Under the pieces are notes generated by a model that was not told where the DNA came from, searched no databases, and saw only the letters and a list, made by a program, of their open reading frames with translations. Both the position numbers and the translations under genes were made by a program. From assembly GCA_050250895.1 (NCBI GenBank), contig JBFWNU010000014.1, forward strand, positions 1-59,879: a stretch of DNA of 59,879 bases, given 5' to 3'. Of the stretch, positions 9,192 to 19,259 are shown piece after piece. This DNA comes from Vulcanimicrobiota bacterium. GTDB taxonomy: Bacteria > Vulcanimicrobiota > Xenobia > Xenobiales > JADMJV01. Numbering within the stretch: position 1 is the first letter of the stretch; every line of letters begins with the position of its first letter.

Positions 9192-10649
9192 ATGAGGCAG
9201 GCCTCCTCCAACGATGCTCACTATCGCCTGGCCTGGCGCCGCATCGACGGAACCCAGCAGATCTATCGCCAGAGCGATAGAAGCGAGCAACTGGTTTCTT
9301 GCGATGCCCACGGCCAGCCCGGCGACGGCAATTCCTTCGCACCCGTGCTCTCGGGCGATGGCCGCTACGTGGCCTTCGAGTCCGATGCCGCCAACCTGGT
9401 CGAGGGTGACGACAACCAGGCTCGCGATGTCTTTCTCAAAGACCTCGAGACCGGTCAAGTCCAGCGTCTGAGTCACGAGTCTTCTTCATCGGCCCGACTG
9501 AGCGGCGATGGTCAGACGGTCATGTTCACCAGCGGCGCGACCACCCTGCAATGGCGGGCCGGCAAGCTCGAGCAGCTGGCCGAGCACCACGACAAAGTGA
9601 GAACTTTTCCCGGTGACCTTTCCTCTGACGGGCAACTGGCTCTGCTGTGCAGCGAGGGCGTGCTTGAGGGTGAGATCCGTCTGCGCTACTGCGACGGCTC
9701 GAGCCAGAAGATCGCTCCCGTGCCGGGGGACCGCCAGGCCTACGGCGCCACCTTCTCGGCCGATGACCGCTACGTCGCCTACTCTTCCCGGGGCGGGCCG
9801 CGCAACGAGCACGTGAAGGTCTTCGACCGCCTGCGCCAGACCCATGAAATCGTCAGCCGGGCCAGTGATGGCACCCTGGCGAACGGAAGCTGCCACCTGC
9901 GCGAATTCTCGCCCAGCGGCCGCTACCTGACTTTCGGGGCCTACGCCGACAACCTCGACCCGGCTGACACCAACACCAACCTGGACCACTATTTCCACGA
10001 CCGGCTCACCGGCGAGACTCGCTGGGTGGCCGAGCATCACCTCGACCAGGGAGAGGCCTGGCCTACCGACTGCAACTATCTGGCCCTGGAGCCGGTGCGG
10101 CAGATTCTCGACGGCTTACCGCCCGAGGCTCGCGAATACTGTTCGAAGCGCCTCTCTCGATGGGGCGAGTTCGACTGGTCGGCGGTCCGAGATTTCCTCG
10201 AGCAGGGCCAACGCCTGGCCGATCCGGCCCGCCTCGAGGCCTTTCGTCGCCTGGACATGCCTGCGGCTGAGCTCTTCCCGGCGCTAGAGGTGGTGGGCGA
10301 GCGGCCAGAATGGGCTGAGCGCTTTGGCGAGCTCAGGGCCAGAGCAGACGACTTTCGCTCGGCTCGGGTCGTCTTCGAACTCTGGCGGGGCTGCCACGAT
10401 GACCGTCTCCTGGAGCACCCCCCTCGGCTGAGCCCAATCGAACTCAAAGCGGCCGAAGACTCGAGGGAACATCTGGCCGGCTTTTATGGCCGCTTCGGCG
10501 AAGCCGTCTTCGAGCAACTCGGCCAGCCTGACTTTCACCATCGGGTGAAGCTTTGGGCCGCCCAGGCTCCCCGTGAACCCGTGAGGCTGAGCGAACAAGA
10601 CGGCTATCTGGTCATCGGCGATGTCGAGCTTGGCACCCGCCAAATCTAG
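9192..10649 (+). CDS. TolB-like/PD40 beta-propeller protein with helical C-terminal region
   Basis: SGDGRYVAFES-ANLV-GDDN-DVFLKD repeats. Confidence 0.8.
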   Translation: MRQASSNDAHYRLAWRRIDGTQQIYRQSDRSEQLVSCDAHGQPGDGNSFAPVLSGDGRYVAFESDAANLVEGDDNQARDVFLKDLETGQVQRLSHESSSSARLSGDGQTVMFTSGATTLQWRAGKLEQLAEHHDKVRTFPGDLSSDGQLALLCSEGVLEGEIRLRYCDGSSQKIAPVPGDRQAYGATFSADDRYVAYSSRGGPRNEHVKVFDRLRQTHEIVSRASDGTLANGSCHLREFSPSGRYLTFGAYADNLDPADTNTNLDHYFHDRLTGETRWVAEHHLDQGEAWPTDCNYLALEPVRQILDGLPPEAREYCSKRLSRWGEFDWSAVRDFLEQGQRLADPARLEAFRRLDMPAAELFPALEVVGERPEWAERFGELRARADDFRSARVVFELWRGCHDDRLLEHPPRLSPIELKAAEDSREHLAGFYGRFGEAVFEQLGQPDFHHRVKLWAAQAPREPVRLSEQDGYLVIGDVELGTRQI

Positions 10650-11404
10650 GCTTTTTCGGGGTCGAGTCCGGCCTGGCGCAGTTGCTCGGCTAGCCGGGTC
10701 GCCCGAGCGATCGCTTCCTCTGCTTCGACTTTAGCCCGGTCGGCCTCGGCTTTAGCTCGATCCGCCTCGAGGCGGGTTTGAGCGGCCAACTCCTGCCCGG
10801 TCAACAACAGGTTGCCCTCGAGATCGGTGAAGCGCAGGTAGCGGGCCGGGTATTTGCCATATTCTCCATCCCACCAGATAGGCTTGAGGCCGAGCGACTC
10901 GAGGGGGCTCATCGGGTCGGCGAACTCGACGTAGCGCGTGCCTTTGAGTTCGAAAAGCCGCAGCGGCCTCTTGCTGAGATGGCCGTCGGGGTCACAGATC
11001 AGATAGTAGGACACATGCAGGCGCTGGTAGTGCTCGACCTTGCGGGTGTCTTCGCCTCCCTCGCGGTTGGACACAATCTCGACCACCAGGTCCGGGGGCT
11101 TGCCGTAGCGCCACACGAAGTAGCTTCGGTTCTTCTTGGCGTGGATGTCGGTGGTCGGAAAAACGACCTCGAGACTGAGCAACACGTCCGGCACCACGGG
11201 GGGTTCTTCCACCAGGTGAAACAAGCCGACATTGGCCAGTGAGATGAAGGGTACGCCTGGCTTGTAAGAAGTCTCGAGACAATCACAGATCAGTTTCATC
11301 TGGCGTTCAGAAAAGATGCTATCCACCGGCTCGTCATCCTCGGTTACAAGATGAGAGACGTCAGGTTCTTCTATGACTTGATCGTCGATGATAGGGTCCA
11401 ACAT
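10646..11404 (-). CDS. Uma2-family (PD-(D/E)XK) putative endonuclease
   Basis: VVPDV, PPDLVVEIVS, YLICDP; C-terminal AEADRAK coiled coil; GGAGG SD. Confidence 0.88.
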   Translation of the reverse strand: MLDPIIDDQVIEEPDVSHLVTEDDEPVDSIFSERQMKLICDCLETSYKPGVPFISLANVGLFHLVEEPPVVPDVLLSLEVVFPTTDIHAKKNRSYFVWRYGKPPDLVVEIVSNREGGEDTRKVEHYQRLHVSYYLICDPDGHLSKRPLRLFELKGTRYVEFADPMSPLESLGLKPIWWDGEYGKYPARYLRFTDLEGNLLLTGQELAAQTRLEADRAKAEADRAKVEAEEAIARATRLAEQLRQAGLDPEKA

Positions 11405-11568
11405 GAACAACCTCCGGCGAACTCTCATCAGATTAGCACACTCCCTGGTCTGGCTCCAGTCTAGCCGTGCGGTTTGGCCGGGATGTGACTGGCTGGTTAC
11501 CGACGTATTGCCGCCAGATTGCCATTGGATAAACAGCGAACGAACACCATGTTACTGGAGTTCGGCTT

Positions 11569-12642
11569 CTAGAGCGCCAGGCAAGCCTCGACGGCCAGCC
11601 AAAAGAGCTTCTGGCGCAGGCTCGTGTGCTGATCCCAGTCGCGAAAGTCCCACTCTTGCCCGCTCAAGTCATCACCGCAGTAGAGCAGTTGAGCGAAGGG
11701 AACTCCACGGTATTGGGCCACGGCGAGAAAGCTGGCCGACTCCATCTCGACGGTCAGGCAGCCTTGCTGGCGGCGGCGCTCGAGGCGGGGCGGGGTCTCG
11801 CGATAGAGGGCGTCGGTGGTCCAGGTGCAACCGCTGCAGAAGGGCGCTCCGGCTTGCCGCAGGGTGGATTCCAAGGCGGTTATGGCGGCCGACGACGCGG
11901 CCACCGTGCGGGCGGGCGGGAGGTATTGATAGCTGACTCCCTCGTCACGCACGGCCTCGGTCACGACCACCAGGTGACCGACTTGCTGCTCGGGCTTGAG
12001 GCTGCCGGCCCCGCCCACGGCTACGAACTTGCTGCAACCCAGAGCGATCAGCTCTTCCAGGCTGGCGGCGGCCAGGGGGCCGCCCACGCCCGGATGGGCT
12101 ACCGCTATCGGTTGGCCCCCGTGCTCGATCACGAAGACAGGGTTTGGCCCGATCTCCGACCCCAGCCGGGTTAGGGGGTTCTCGAGTTCGGCCAGCACCT
12201 CTTGGAAAAAGACCAGCACGCAGCGCTCGGGCAGGACCTGTTCGGTGAAGCGGCGGCCCGGTTCGATGAAGGCTGGACCCTCATCGAGTGGCTCGAGTAG
12301 CGGGGCTTCGAATCGGCCCACCTCGGCCGGCAACACGAAGCTGCCATCGGGGCCGGGGGCCAGGGGGAGCAGCGCTACCACCGCGGCGCGTTCGAGGGGG
12401 CCGTAGAGGTGAGGAAACTCCTGGCCGGTCTGATAGCAGTCTTCAAAGACCACCGGGGCTGTCAGACGGGCGGGGTCGATCACCAATAGCCACAGGTGGT
12501 CACGGCCTCGAAAGCGGTCGTTGGCCACCCAGGCTACCTGGGCGGCGGTGGAAAAGTGAATGAACCCCTCGTTGGCCAAAGAGTCGGTAACGTAGGGGTC
12601 CGACTGGCCCCAGGCGGCCAGAGTGGTGATGTGATAGAGCAT
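11569..12642 (-). CDS. DUF952 domain fused to nucleoside phosphorylase (PNP/UDP family)
   Basis: N-terminal LYHI, GFIHFST, FPHLYG; C-terminal GVGGP, RDEGVSY, WTTDALYRET, VEME. Confidence 0.85.
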   Translation of the reverse strand: MLYHITTLAAWGQSDPYVTDSLANEGFIHFSTAAQVAWVANDRFRGRDHLWLLVIDPARLTAPVVFEDCYQTGQEFPHLYGPLERAAVVALLPLAPGPDGSFVLPAEVGRFEAPLLEPLDEGPAFIEPGRRFTEQVLPERCVLVFFQEVLAELENPLTRLGSEIGPNPVFVIEHGGQPIAVAHPGVGGPLAAASLEELIALGCSKFVAVGGAGSLKPEQQVGHLVVVTEAVRDEGVSYQYLPPARTVAASSAAITALESTLRQAGAPFCSGCTWTTDALYRETPPRLERRRQQGCLTVEMESASFLAVAQYRGVPFAQLLYCGDDLSGQEWDFRDWDQHTSLRQKLFWLAVEACLAL

Positions 12643-13929
12643 CTAGAGCGGCTTCACGGTGAGTTTGCTGTCTGACAGCTGATAGGTGTAGCCTGCCGCC
12701 CCCAGCACCAGACCGACGGCCCGCTCGGCCGGTACTCCGTTCAAGTTCAACAGCACCTCGGCCTCGAAATCTTCGGGCAGCACCACCTCTTTGACCTTGA
12801 GCGCCAGGGCCGCCTGGTCGAGGACCTCTTTAACCGGCACCGCTTCCCAATAGCGTTCGGGCTCGAACGTCAGCCGGGGCCCGGCGCCGCCGGCCTTCAC
12901 GGGAGGAATGGTCAGGACACCGTCTTCGAGCAGGCTGTCCCGCTCGCTTACCACCAACTCGAGGATCCGTCCGGCACTCACGGGATCCGGCGTGCGCAGT
13001 GTGATCTGCCCCTCGATTTTGGTCGAGGCGACGAAACTGAGCCCCAGCTTGCGCACCAGCAGTCCGACCAGAAAAAGCTGGTCCACCTCGACGAAATCGC
13101 AGGCAAGTTCTGGTCCTGCCTCGGGCAGCTCCAGGCGTCGTTGGGCCGAGGGCTTGGCGGTGAGCCTCACCAGCCCGTCGTCTTCTTGATAACACAGGCC
13201 TCGCAGCTCGACCAGGGTCCGCAGCACCGAGTCGGGGTCGCAATCTTCCAGGTCCAGACTGATGCTATCCTCGACCGGGGTCGAGATATAGATGCCTTTG
13301 TTCTGGGCCAGGGCCAGCTGGCGAAAGAGAGCCAGCAGCGGCAGGCCTTCGACCCTCAAGCTCGCCTTTCCGTGGGAAAGTTCATCGAGTTTGGCCAGGC
13401 GCGCCGGGTCGGCCACTACCAGAGTCTGACCGAGGATGGCAAAGCCCAGTGGGCTCGACTGCTTGGCCAGGTTGCGTTCCAGAAATTCGCCGGCCGGCAG
13501 CCCTTTGGCCTCGTCACTGACGACCCCCTCGACTCCGGGCGCTAGCAGGGCGTTCTTGCCCAACAAGTGGGCCACCCAACCTACCACGTAGCGCAGATCA
13601 GCCCATTCGAAGCGGGCCGTGATGGGGGTGCTCAAGTCGCCCTCGCCGGCCGGGCCGGGGAACTCGTCATAATAGCTGCGCAAGGGATAGTCGTAGCGGT
13701 CGGAGTCCCGCTCGAGGACGGCCTTTTCGGCACCGACTTCGGCCACCTTGTAGTCGCCACTGACCTCGCCCTCGGCCAGCACGATGGTCTCGCCGGTGGC
13801 GTCGAAAAAACCATAGTTCGCCTGGGGCGTCTTGAGGTAGCCCCGATAATCTACGCCGGGAGGCTCGCCCCAGGCCAATCCCGCCAGCCAGAGGAGCAAA
13901 CCTAAGAGATAGATCGGCTCAGACTTCAT
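12643..13929 (-). CDS. Exported protein with a PilP/GspC-HR-like domain plus repeated secretin N0/STN-like domains, no secretin barrel
   Basis: Signal peptide; four segments of the type ITARFEWADLRYVV...NALLAPGVEGVVS. Confidence 0.6.
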   Translation of the reverse strand: MKSEPIYLLGLLLWLAGLAWGEPPGVDYRGYLKTPQANYGFFDATGETIVLAEGEVSGDYKVAEVGAEKAVLERDSDRYDYPLRSYYDEFPGPAGEGDLSTPITARFEWADLRYVVGWVAHLLGKNALLAPGVEGVVSDEAKGLPAGEFLERNLAKQSSPLGFAILGQTLVVADPARLAKLDELSHGKASLRVEGLPLLALFRQLALAQNKGIYISTPVEDSISLDLEDCDPDSVLRTLVELRGLCYQEDDGLVRLTAKPSAQRRLELPEAGPELACDFVEVDQLFLVGLLVRKLGLSFVASTKIEGQITLRTPDPVSAGRILELVVSERDSLLEDGVLTIPPVKAGGAGPRLTFEPERYWEAVPVKEVLDQAALALKVKEVVLPEDFEAEVLLNLNGVPAERAVGLVLGAAGYTYQLSDSKLTVKPL

Positions 13930-15883
13930 CCAGGGCCCTCAGTTCGCGCACGAAGCCACCCGAGAGAATGGGAAAGCGGCACCAGGTCTTGGGGTCGAGG
14001 TTGGCGTCATCGACGTGAAAGGAGGGAGCATAGCGCTCGCGCTTCCACTGGTTGCGGCACCACAGGGTGAAGAAACGGCGAATCCAGGCCTTGAGCTGGG
14101 CAGGGTCTTGTTCGGGTTGCTCAAAGCGTAGGATGTGATAGATGGCTACCGGAGTCTCCTTGTCGCGAATGGCCGCCTTTTCGATGCGGTCGAGAATGGG
14201 ATACGGCATCAGGTCGTCTTCGTCGGTCTGGCCGGCCGCCTGGGGTCGCAGTTCGGCGGTGGGCGCCTGCGCGTTGATGGCGTGCAGGGCCGGCACCGGG
14301 CCCAGGCCCGTCGGACCGACCGACTCCATCCAGTAGAGCCAGCGGCGTAAAAAGGCCTTGTCGATGCCAGCGATGGGCGAAAGACCGCCCGAGGTGTCAC
14401 CATCCATGGTGGCATAACCCACCGCGGCCTCGGAGCGGTTGCTGGTCGAAACCAGCAGGGCCCCTTTGATGTTGGCCAGCATCCAGACCCCCGGAGAGCG
14501 AACACGAGCCTGGATGTTCTGCAGGGCCAGGTCATCGGTTTCCCAGCCGAGGTCACGGCCGAGCGCTTCCCCAACCATCGCTTTATAGCCCTCGACCATC
14601 GGGTCGACATCGAACTCCATGTAGGTGGCTCCCAGGGCACGGGCCAGCCCGCTGGCAGCCGAGCGGGTAACCTCTCCGCTGTTGCGGGTAGCCTGATAGA
14701 CGCAGGTCAAGAGGTGGGTCAGCGGTTCCTTCGCCTGTTCGGGGCTAAGCCGCAGTCGGGCTCGCATGCCTTCTTCTCCTAGCTGCTGGCGCGCCATCTT
14801 GACCATCAAAGCCACCAGGGTGGCGCAGGCCGCCGAGTCAGCCCCTCCCGAGAGAGAGACCACGAAGCCCCGCGACCAGCTTTTGCGCATATAGTCGAGC
14901 AGGCCGAGGGTGATGGCCCGGGTGAACTCCTCTTCTTTGGAGTGGGGGCCGCGCTCCCAATCTTCGCGCTCATCGTGGGCCTCAGCCGGTGGGGACTCGG
15001 GCACCTCGAAGGGGATGCGCACGCAGCAGACGCTCTGGTCGGCTAGATCGGGAACATAGCTGACGGTGCGTCCCTGGGTTACCCGGTTGCGCTCGATGTC
15101 GACCACCGCTGTGGTCAGATCCCAGTCCTCGAAAGAAAAGCGCCGCCCGCAAGCCAGTAAGCGCCCGGCCGAGGCGACCATGGCGCCTCCATCATAGATG
15201 GCTCGGCCGGCTTCGTTGCCCACCAGGTTGGTGTAGACGTAGGCCACCGAAAAAGCCCGTGAGCCTTCGACCACGAACCGCTCGCGGATGGTCTGTTTGG
15301 CGAAGGCAAAATGGCTGGCGCTGGGGTTGAGGATGATATCGACGGCCTGACGGGCCAGATGTCCGCCGGGCCGTTGAGCCACCCAGGCGTCCTCACAGAT
15401 TTCGAAGCCAATCCGCAGGCCGCCGATGTCGAAGATCAAGTCGCCGATAGGATAGCCCCGCCCGTCGAGTTCGAGCTGGTTGATGGTGTTGTCCGGCCAG
15501 GGCTTGAACCAGCGGGGTTCATAGTGGATGCCATCGCCGGCCAGATACTGTTTGGCCACAAAGCCCCGCACCTGGCCGTCGACGGCCAGGCAAGCCGCGT
15601 TATAGATGGCGTTGCGAAACCAGACCGGTAGCCCGAACGAGACCACCATCCCAGCCGTGGCCGGTAAGAGCTCCTGCAATACTCCCCAGGAGGTGGTCGA
15701 GGTCGAGGGTGAGTGAAAGGCGTCCTCGCAGCCGTAGCCGCAAATGCACATCTCGGGCAGGCACAGTACCGAGACCTGCTCTTCGCGGGCAGCATCTAGA
15801 GCCTGGGCGATATGCGAGCGGTTGCCTTCCCAGTCGAGGGGGGTCTGATTGAGGGTGGCGGCAGCCACTTTGATCAGTTTCAC
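13919..15883 (-). CDS. nadE: Glutamine-dependent NAD+ synthetase
   Basis: Nitrilase domain (PE, K, EICED) plus SGGADS, QNIQAR, PTAEL, QTDEDDL, QWKR. Confidence 0.95.
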   Translation of the reverse strand: MKLIKVAAATLNQTPLDWEGNRSHIAQALDAAREEQVSVLCLPEMCICGYGCEDAFHSPSTSTTSWGVLQELLPATAGMVVSFGLPVWFRNAIYNAACLAVDGQVRGFVAKQYLAGDGIHYEPRWFKPWPDNTINQLELDGRGYPIGDLIFDIGGLRIGFEICEDAWVAQRPGGHLARQAVDIILNPSASHFAFAKQTIRERFVVEGSRAFSVAYVYTNLVGNEAGRAIYDGGAMVASAGRLLACGRRFSFEDWDLTTAVVDIERNRVTQGRTVSYVPDLADQSVCCVRIPFEVPESPPAEAHDEREDWERGPHSKEEEFTRAITLGLLDYMRKSWSRGFVVSLSGGADSAACATLVALMVKMARQQLGEEGMRARLRLSPEQAKEPLTHLLTCVYQATRNSGEVTRSAASGLARALGATYMEFDVDPMVEGYKAMVGEALGRDLGWETDDLALQNIQARVRSPGVWMLANIKGALLVSTSNRSEAAVGYATMDGDTSGGLSPIAGIDKAFLRRWLYWMESVGPTGLGPVPALHAINAQAPTAELRPQAAGQTDEDDLMPYPILDRIEKAAIRDKETPVAIYHILRFEQPEQDPAQLKAWIRRFFTLWCRNQWKRERYAPSFHVDDANLDPKTWCRFPILSGGFVRELRALDEV

Positions 15884-16806
15884 GGTAGCGTCTCCAGATA
15901 ACTTCCCAGCAGATTAGCGATGGAAAAGACTTTCAGGAAGTCGTCGGCGAGTTCGACCGCCCGAGGATGGGTGTCGGTGCAGATCATGCGCCCAATCAGT
16001 CCGCTCTCGCGGATGCGCTGCAACGATTCGCCCGGAAAGACACCGTGCGTGGTCACGGCCGAGCAGGCGGTGGCTCCGGCGGCCAGGTAGGCTTCGGCCG
16101 CTTTGAGCAGCGAGCTGCCGCTGCGCACCATGTCGTCATAGATGACCACTTCGCGTTCTTGAACGTGGGCTCGCACGGCGGTGATCTCGACGTTCTCGCC
16201 GTCGAGGCGCCGTTTGAAGACGAACGAGGCGGGCACGCCCATGTCGTTGGCCAGCGATTCGACCCACTTGGCCCGGCCGGCATCGGTGCTGGCCAGCACG
16301 AAACCGTCGCCACCCAGTTCGCGAGCCGCTTCGATGACGACGGGCTTGGCATAGAGATGCACATGGCGAATTCCGCCTTCGAAGTAGTGAGGCAGGCCGG
16401 CGGCGTGAAGATCGACCATGATGACCCGGTTGGCCGTGCCCGCCGGAGGGATGGCCGAGAGCAGGCGGGCGCGCGTCTTGGAGGTGACCACCTCGAGCGG
16501 CTCGACAGCCCGCTCCATGGTGGAGTAGCCGAAGTAGGGGATGACCAGGGTCAAACTACGGGCCCCATGTTTGGCCAGGGCGCAAGCCAGGTCATAGAGC
16601 TCTAAAGTGTCGCTATCGCTGATGGTACCACCCAGGAGCACCACCCGACGGCCACACGGATCGTCGAGGATCCGCTGGTAGCGCTCCCCGTCGGGAAACT
16701 GCTTGACCTCGACCCGACCGCTCTCAAAGGCCCCCCAGCGACAGATCCGTTCGAGGAGATAGGCGTAGCTTCGGATGGCGAACAGCAGCAGCGGTTCAGG
16801 CTTCAC
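15880..16806 (-). CDS. prs: Ribose-phosphate pyrophosphokinase
   Basis: FPDGE, IPYFGY, DLH, D-x-[12 protein letters not shown]. Confidence 0.92.
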   Translation of the reverse strand: MKPEPLLLFAIRSYAYLLERICRWGAFESGRVEVKQFPDGERYQRILDDPCGRRVVLLGGTISDSDTLELYDLACALAKHGARSLTLVIPYFGYSTMERAVEPLEVVTSKTRARLLSAIPPAGTANRVIMVDLHAAGLPHYFEGGIRHVHLYAKPVVIEAARELGGDGFVLASTDAGRAKWVESLANDMGVPASFVFKRRLDGENVEITAVRAHVQEREVVIYDDMVRSGSSLLKAAEAYLAAGATACSAVTTHGVFPGESLQRIRESGLIGRMICTDTHPRAVELADDFLKVFSIANLLGSYLETLP

Positions 16807-16862
16807 GCACGGGCCCTTCCTGCAGGGTTGTCAGACCTCCTCTCGCATTGTATTCTGCTGCT

Positions 16863-17816
16863 ATGGAAATTCGTCCGCTACGCCCGGTCCTGGCCCGCCA
16901 GGCTGCCTCCGGCGGCCCTGTCGAGGGGGCGCGCTCGAACGACGAGTTTCGGCCCGGCCGGCCCTATGAGGGAGGCAGCCTCACCGGCGAGTTTCGGGTC
17001 CACACCATCTCGTCAGACGTGCTGGGCAACACCCGTGATTTCTACGTCTATCTTCCTCCGAGCTATGGCCGCGACCCTGGCCGGCGCTATCGGGTTCTCT
17101 ACTTGCAAGATGGCCAGAACGTGTTTGACCGGCGCACGGCTTTCATGGGTCGCGAGTGGGGCGTGGATGAAGTGGCGGACGAACTGATTCGCCAGGGCGA
17201 GATCGAAGAGTTGATCATCGTGGGGGTCTCGAACACCCCCGCCCGTATGGACGAATACTCCCAGGTGGCCGACCCCGACTATGGCGGCGGCCAGGCCGAC
17301 GCCTACGGACACTTTCTGGTCGACGAACTCAAGCCGTATGTCGACGCCAACTATTTGACCGACACCCGACCGGCTTCGACCACCCTGGCCGGCAGTTCGA
17401 TGGGCGGTCTGGTTTCGCTGTTTCTGGCCTTTCAATATCCGCACGTCTTCGGCACGGCCGGAGCGTTGTCGCCCTCGCTTTGGTGGGCCTCGGGCGACCT
17501 GGCCACCCGCATCGCGGCCGACCGGCGACCCGGTCCCACCAAGATTTGGCTCGATATGGGCACAGCCGAGGGGACGTCCGACACCATCTCGCCACGACCG
17601 CTGGACCGGGACGGCAAGTTCGGGTCACCCGGCCCGGCTAACGGCGTCAAAGATGTGCTCGACTACACTCGCGAGATGCGTCAGGCCCTGCTCTTTCGCG
17701 GCTATGAAGAGGGGCGCAACCTGCTTTACCTCGAGGTTCCCGGCGGGACCCACACCGAAGAGTCGTGGTCGGCTCGCATCGGGCTCTTTCTGAAGGCGGT
17801 TTATGGCCGGGGTTAA
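16863..17816 (+). CDS. Alpha/beta hydrolase (putative esterase, enterochelin-esterase-like)
   Basis: YLPPSY, LYLQDGQN, GSSMGG nucleophile elbow, HTE-SW. Confidence 0.88.
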   Translation: MEIRPLRPVLARQAASGGPVEGARSNDEFRPGRPYEGGSLTGEFRVHTISSDVLGNTRDFYVYLPPSYGRDPGRRYRVLYLQDGQNVFDRRTAFMGREWGVDEVADELIRQGEIEELIIVGVSNTPARMDEYSQVADPDYGGGQADAYGHFLVDELKPYVDANYLTDTRPASTTLAGSSMGGLVSLFLAFQYPHVFGTAGALSPSLWWASGDLATRIAADRRPGPTKIWLDMGTAEGTSDTISPRPLDRDGKFGSPGPANGVKDVLDYTREMRQALLFRGYEEGRNLLYLEVPGGTHTEESWSARIGLFLKAVYGRG

Positions 17817-18273
17817 CGTGCGCAGGGCAATTGCCGTGGTGGTCTGGCTGTTGGTGGCTGGGGGTGGAGTCAGCGCCCAGGAACGCGACGCGGTTCTTCA
17901 GTTCGAAATCACGAACACGCTCAAAGCCAGCGCTGAGGCCTGGAACCAAGGCGACCTCGAGCGCTTCATGCAGGATTATCTTCGCAGCCCCGAGATGACC
18001 TACACCGCCGCCGGCAAGATCGTGCGTGGCTACGAAGCGCTCGCCCAACGCTATGCCACTACTTATGGCACCGACAAAAGCTCGCTTGGTCACCTCACTT
18101 TTTCGGAGGTCGAGGTCTGGAAACTGGGGGATTCGCATGCCCTGGCTGTGGGTAAATGGTTACTCAAGCGCCGCGATAAAGAAGACGCTTACGGTGTGTT
18201 CTCACTGATCTTCGTGCGCCAGGAGGGTGCCTGGAAGATCCTTCACGACCACACCTCGAGCCTCACCAAATAA
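17803..18273 (+). CDS. Exported NTF2-like (DUF4440/SnoaL) protein
   Basis: Signal peptide; AWNQGDLERFM...WKILHDHTS. Confidence 0.85.
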   Translation: MAGVNVRRAIAVVVWLLVAGGGVSAQERDAVLQFEITNTLKASAEAWNQGDLERFMQDYLRSPEMTYTAAGKIVRGYEALAQRYATTYGTDKSSLGHLTFSEVEVWKLGDSHALAVGKWLLKRRDKEDAYGVFSLIFVRQEGAWKILHDHTSSLTK

Positions 18274-18485
18274 GACGGCGTTCCGCACGCTTCGTGCGAT
18301 ATTAACATCCCTGAAAAAAAACTGAAAGCGAATTCTGTTCTTATGTCTGAGGAACAGAAGAGATGCGAACCCTACTTCGCCACGGGGAAACGTCGTTGGC
18401 CACTACCGCTATGCAATCGCGGTAGTTAACGGCCTCGTCGAGGCGGGTCAAGTGATAGATAGAGTCGCAGTTAAGGAGACTTATA

Positions 18486-18980
18486 ATGTACGCAGCCGGT
18501 AGCAAAGTTATGCACGCCCTACACGGTCTAGGAACCATTGAGACTATCGAGGAGAAGGCGATCCTCGACACCGTATGTCGTTTCGCCGTCGTGGCCTTCG
18601 AGAAGATGCAGGTAATGGTCAACCTCGATGGTCGGAGCACTTCGATCCGGAACCCTATTCCTGCCGATGAAGTCGAGAAGGTGATGGACTTCCTCAAGTC
18701 CTGCCAGCCCGAGCTTCCCAGCAATCACAACCAGCGCCACAAGGCCATCCTCGAGCTCATCAAGAGCGGCAATATATACAAACTCTGTGAAGTCGTCAAA
18801 GGCCTCACCCAACTATCCCAAAAGCGCAATCTAGCTTCCCGCGACGCTCGCGCTCTCGAGCAGAGCCTGCGGCTGATGTCTGAAGAACTCGGACACGCCA
18901 CCGGTTGCCAACCCACCGACCTCGAGCAGGCCATCACCCACACCTGCACCGTCGGTACCCCCGAACTCGCAGCTGTCTAG
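18486..18980 (+). CDS. CarD/CdnL-family transcription factor
   Basis: G-x-KV-H-x-x-HGLG-I-x-x-IEEK; AAGGAG SD; C-terminal SG-x-I...EL helices. Confidence 0.85.
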   Translation: MYAAGSKVMHALHGLGTIETIEEKAILDTVCRFAVVAFEKMQVMVNLDGRSTSIRNPIPADEVEKVMDFLKSCQPELPSNHNQRHKAILELIKSGNIYKLCEVVKGLTQLSQKRNLASRDARALEQSLRLMSEELGHATGCQPTDLEQAITHTCTVGTPELAAV

Positions 18981-19224
18981 GGAGCGCTTCGCTCCGCTCA
19001 GCGGGAGAAGGAGCGCTTCGCTGCGCTCAGCGGGAGAAGGAGCGTCGGTCGCTTCCGCTCCCTCCGAGAGATCTTTCTCGGCGCAGCCGCTCCTTTCTCC
19101 CGCCCGCAGGGCCGGGCTCCCTGTCGACGCGCAGCGTCGAAATCTCGGCGCAGCCGCTCCCTGTCGACGCGCAGCGTCGAAATCTCGGCGCAGCCGCTCC
19201 CTGTCGACGCGTAAGCGTCGAATC
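18981..19224. repeat. REP/BIME-like palindromic tandem repeat cluster
   Basis: 29-bp unit x2 (18981-19038) and 40-bp unit about x2.7 (19116-19224) containing a TCGACGC-GCA-GCGTCGA hairpin. Confidence 0.8.
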
Positions 19225-19259
19225 AGGGTTTGTTAAGGCCTCGGTCTTAAACTGGATCC

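Noticed and set aside
10646-11404. Uma2 gene as a defence or mobile system
   Set aside because: It is stand-alone with no methylase or mobility genes, and the family is often expanded as paralogues.
12643-13929. PilQ/GspD secretin
   Set aside because: The C-terminal secretin beta-barrel domain is absent.
18981-19224. CRISPR array
   Set aside because: Units are head-to-tail with no unique spacers, and no cas genes are in the window.
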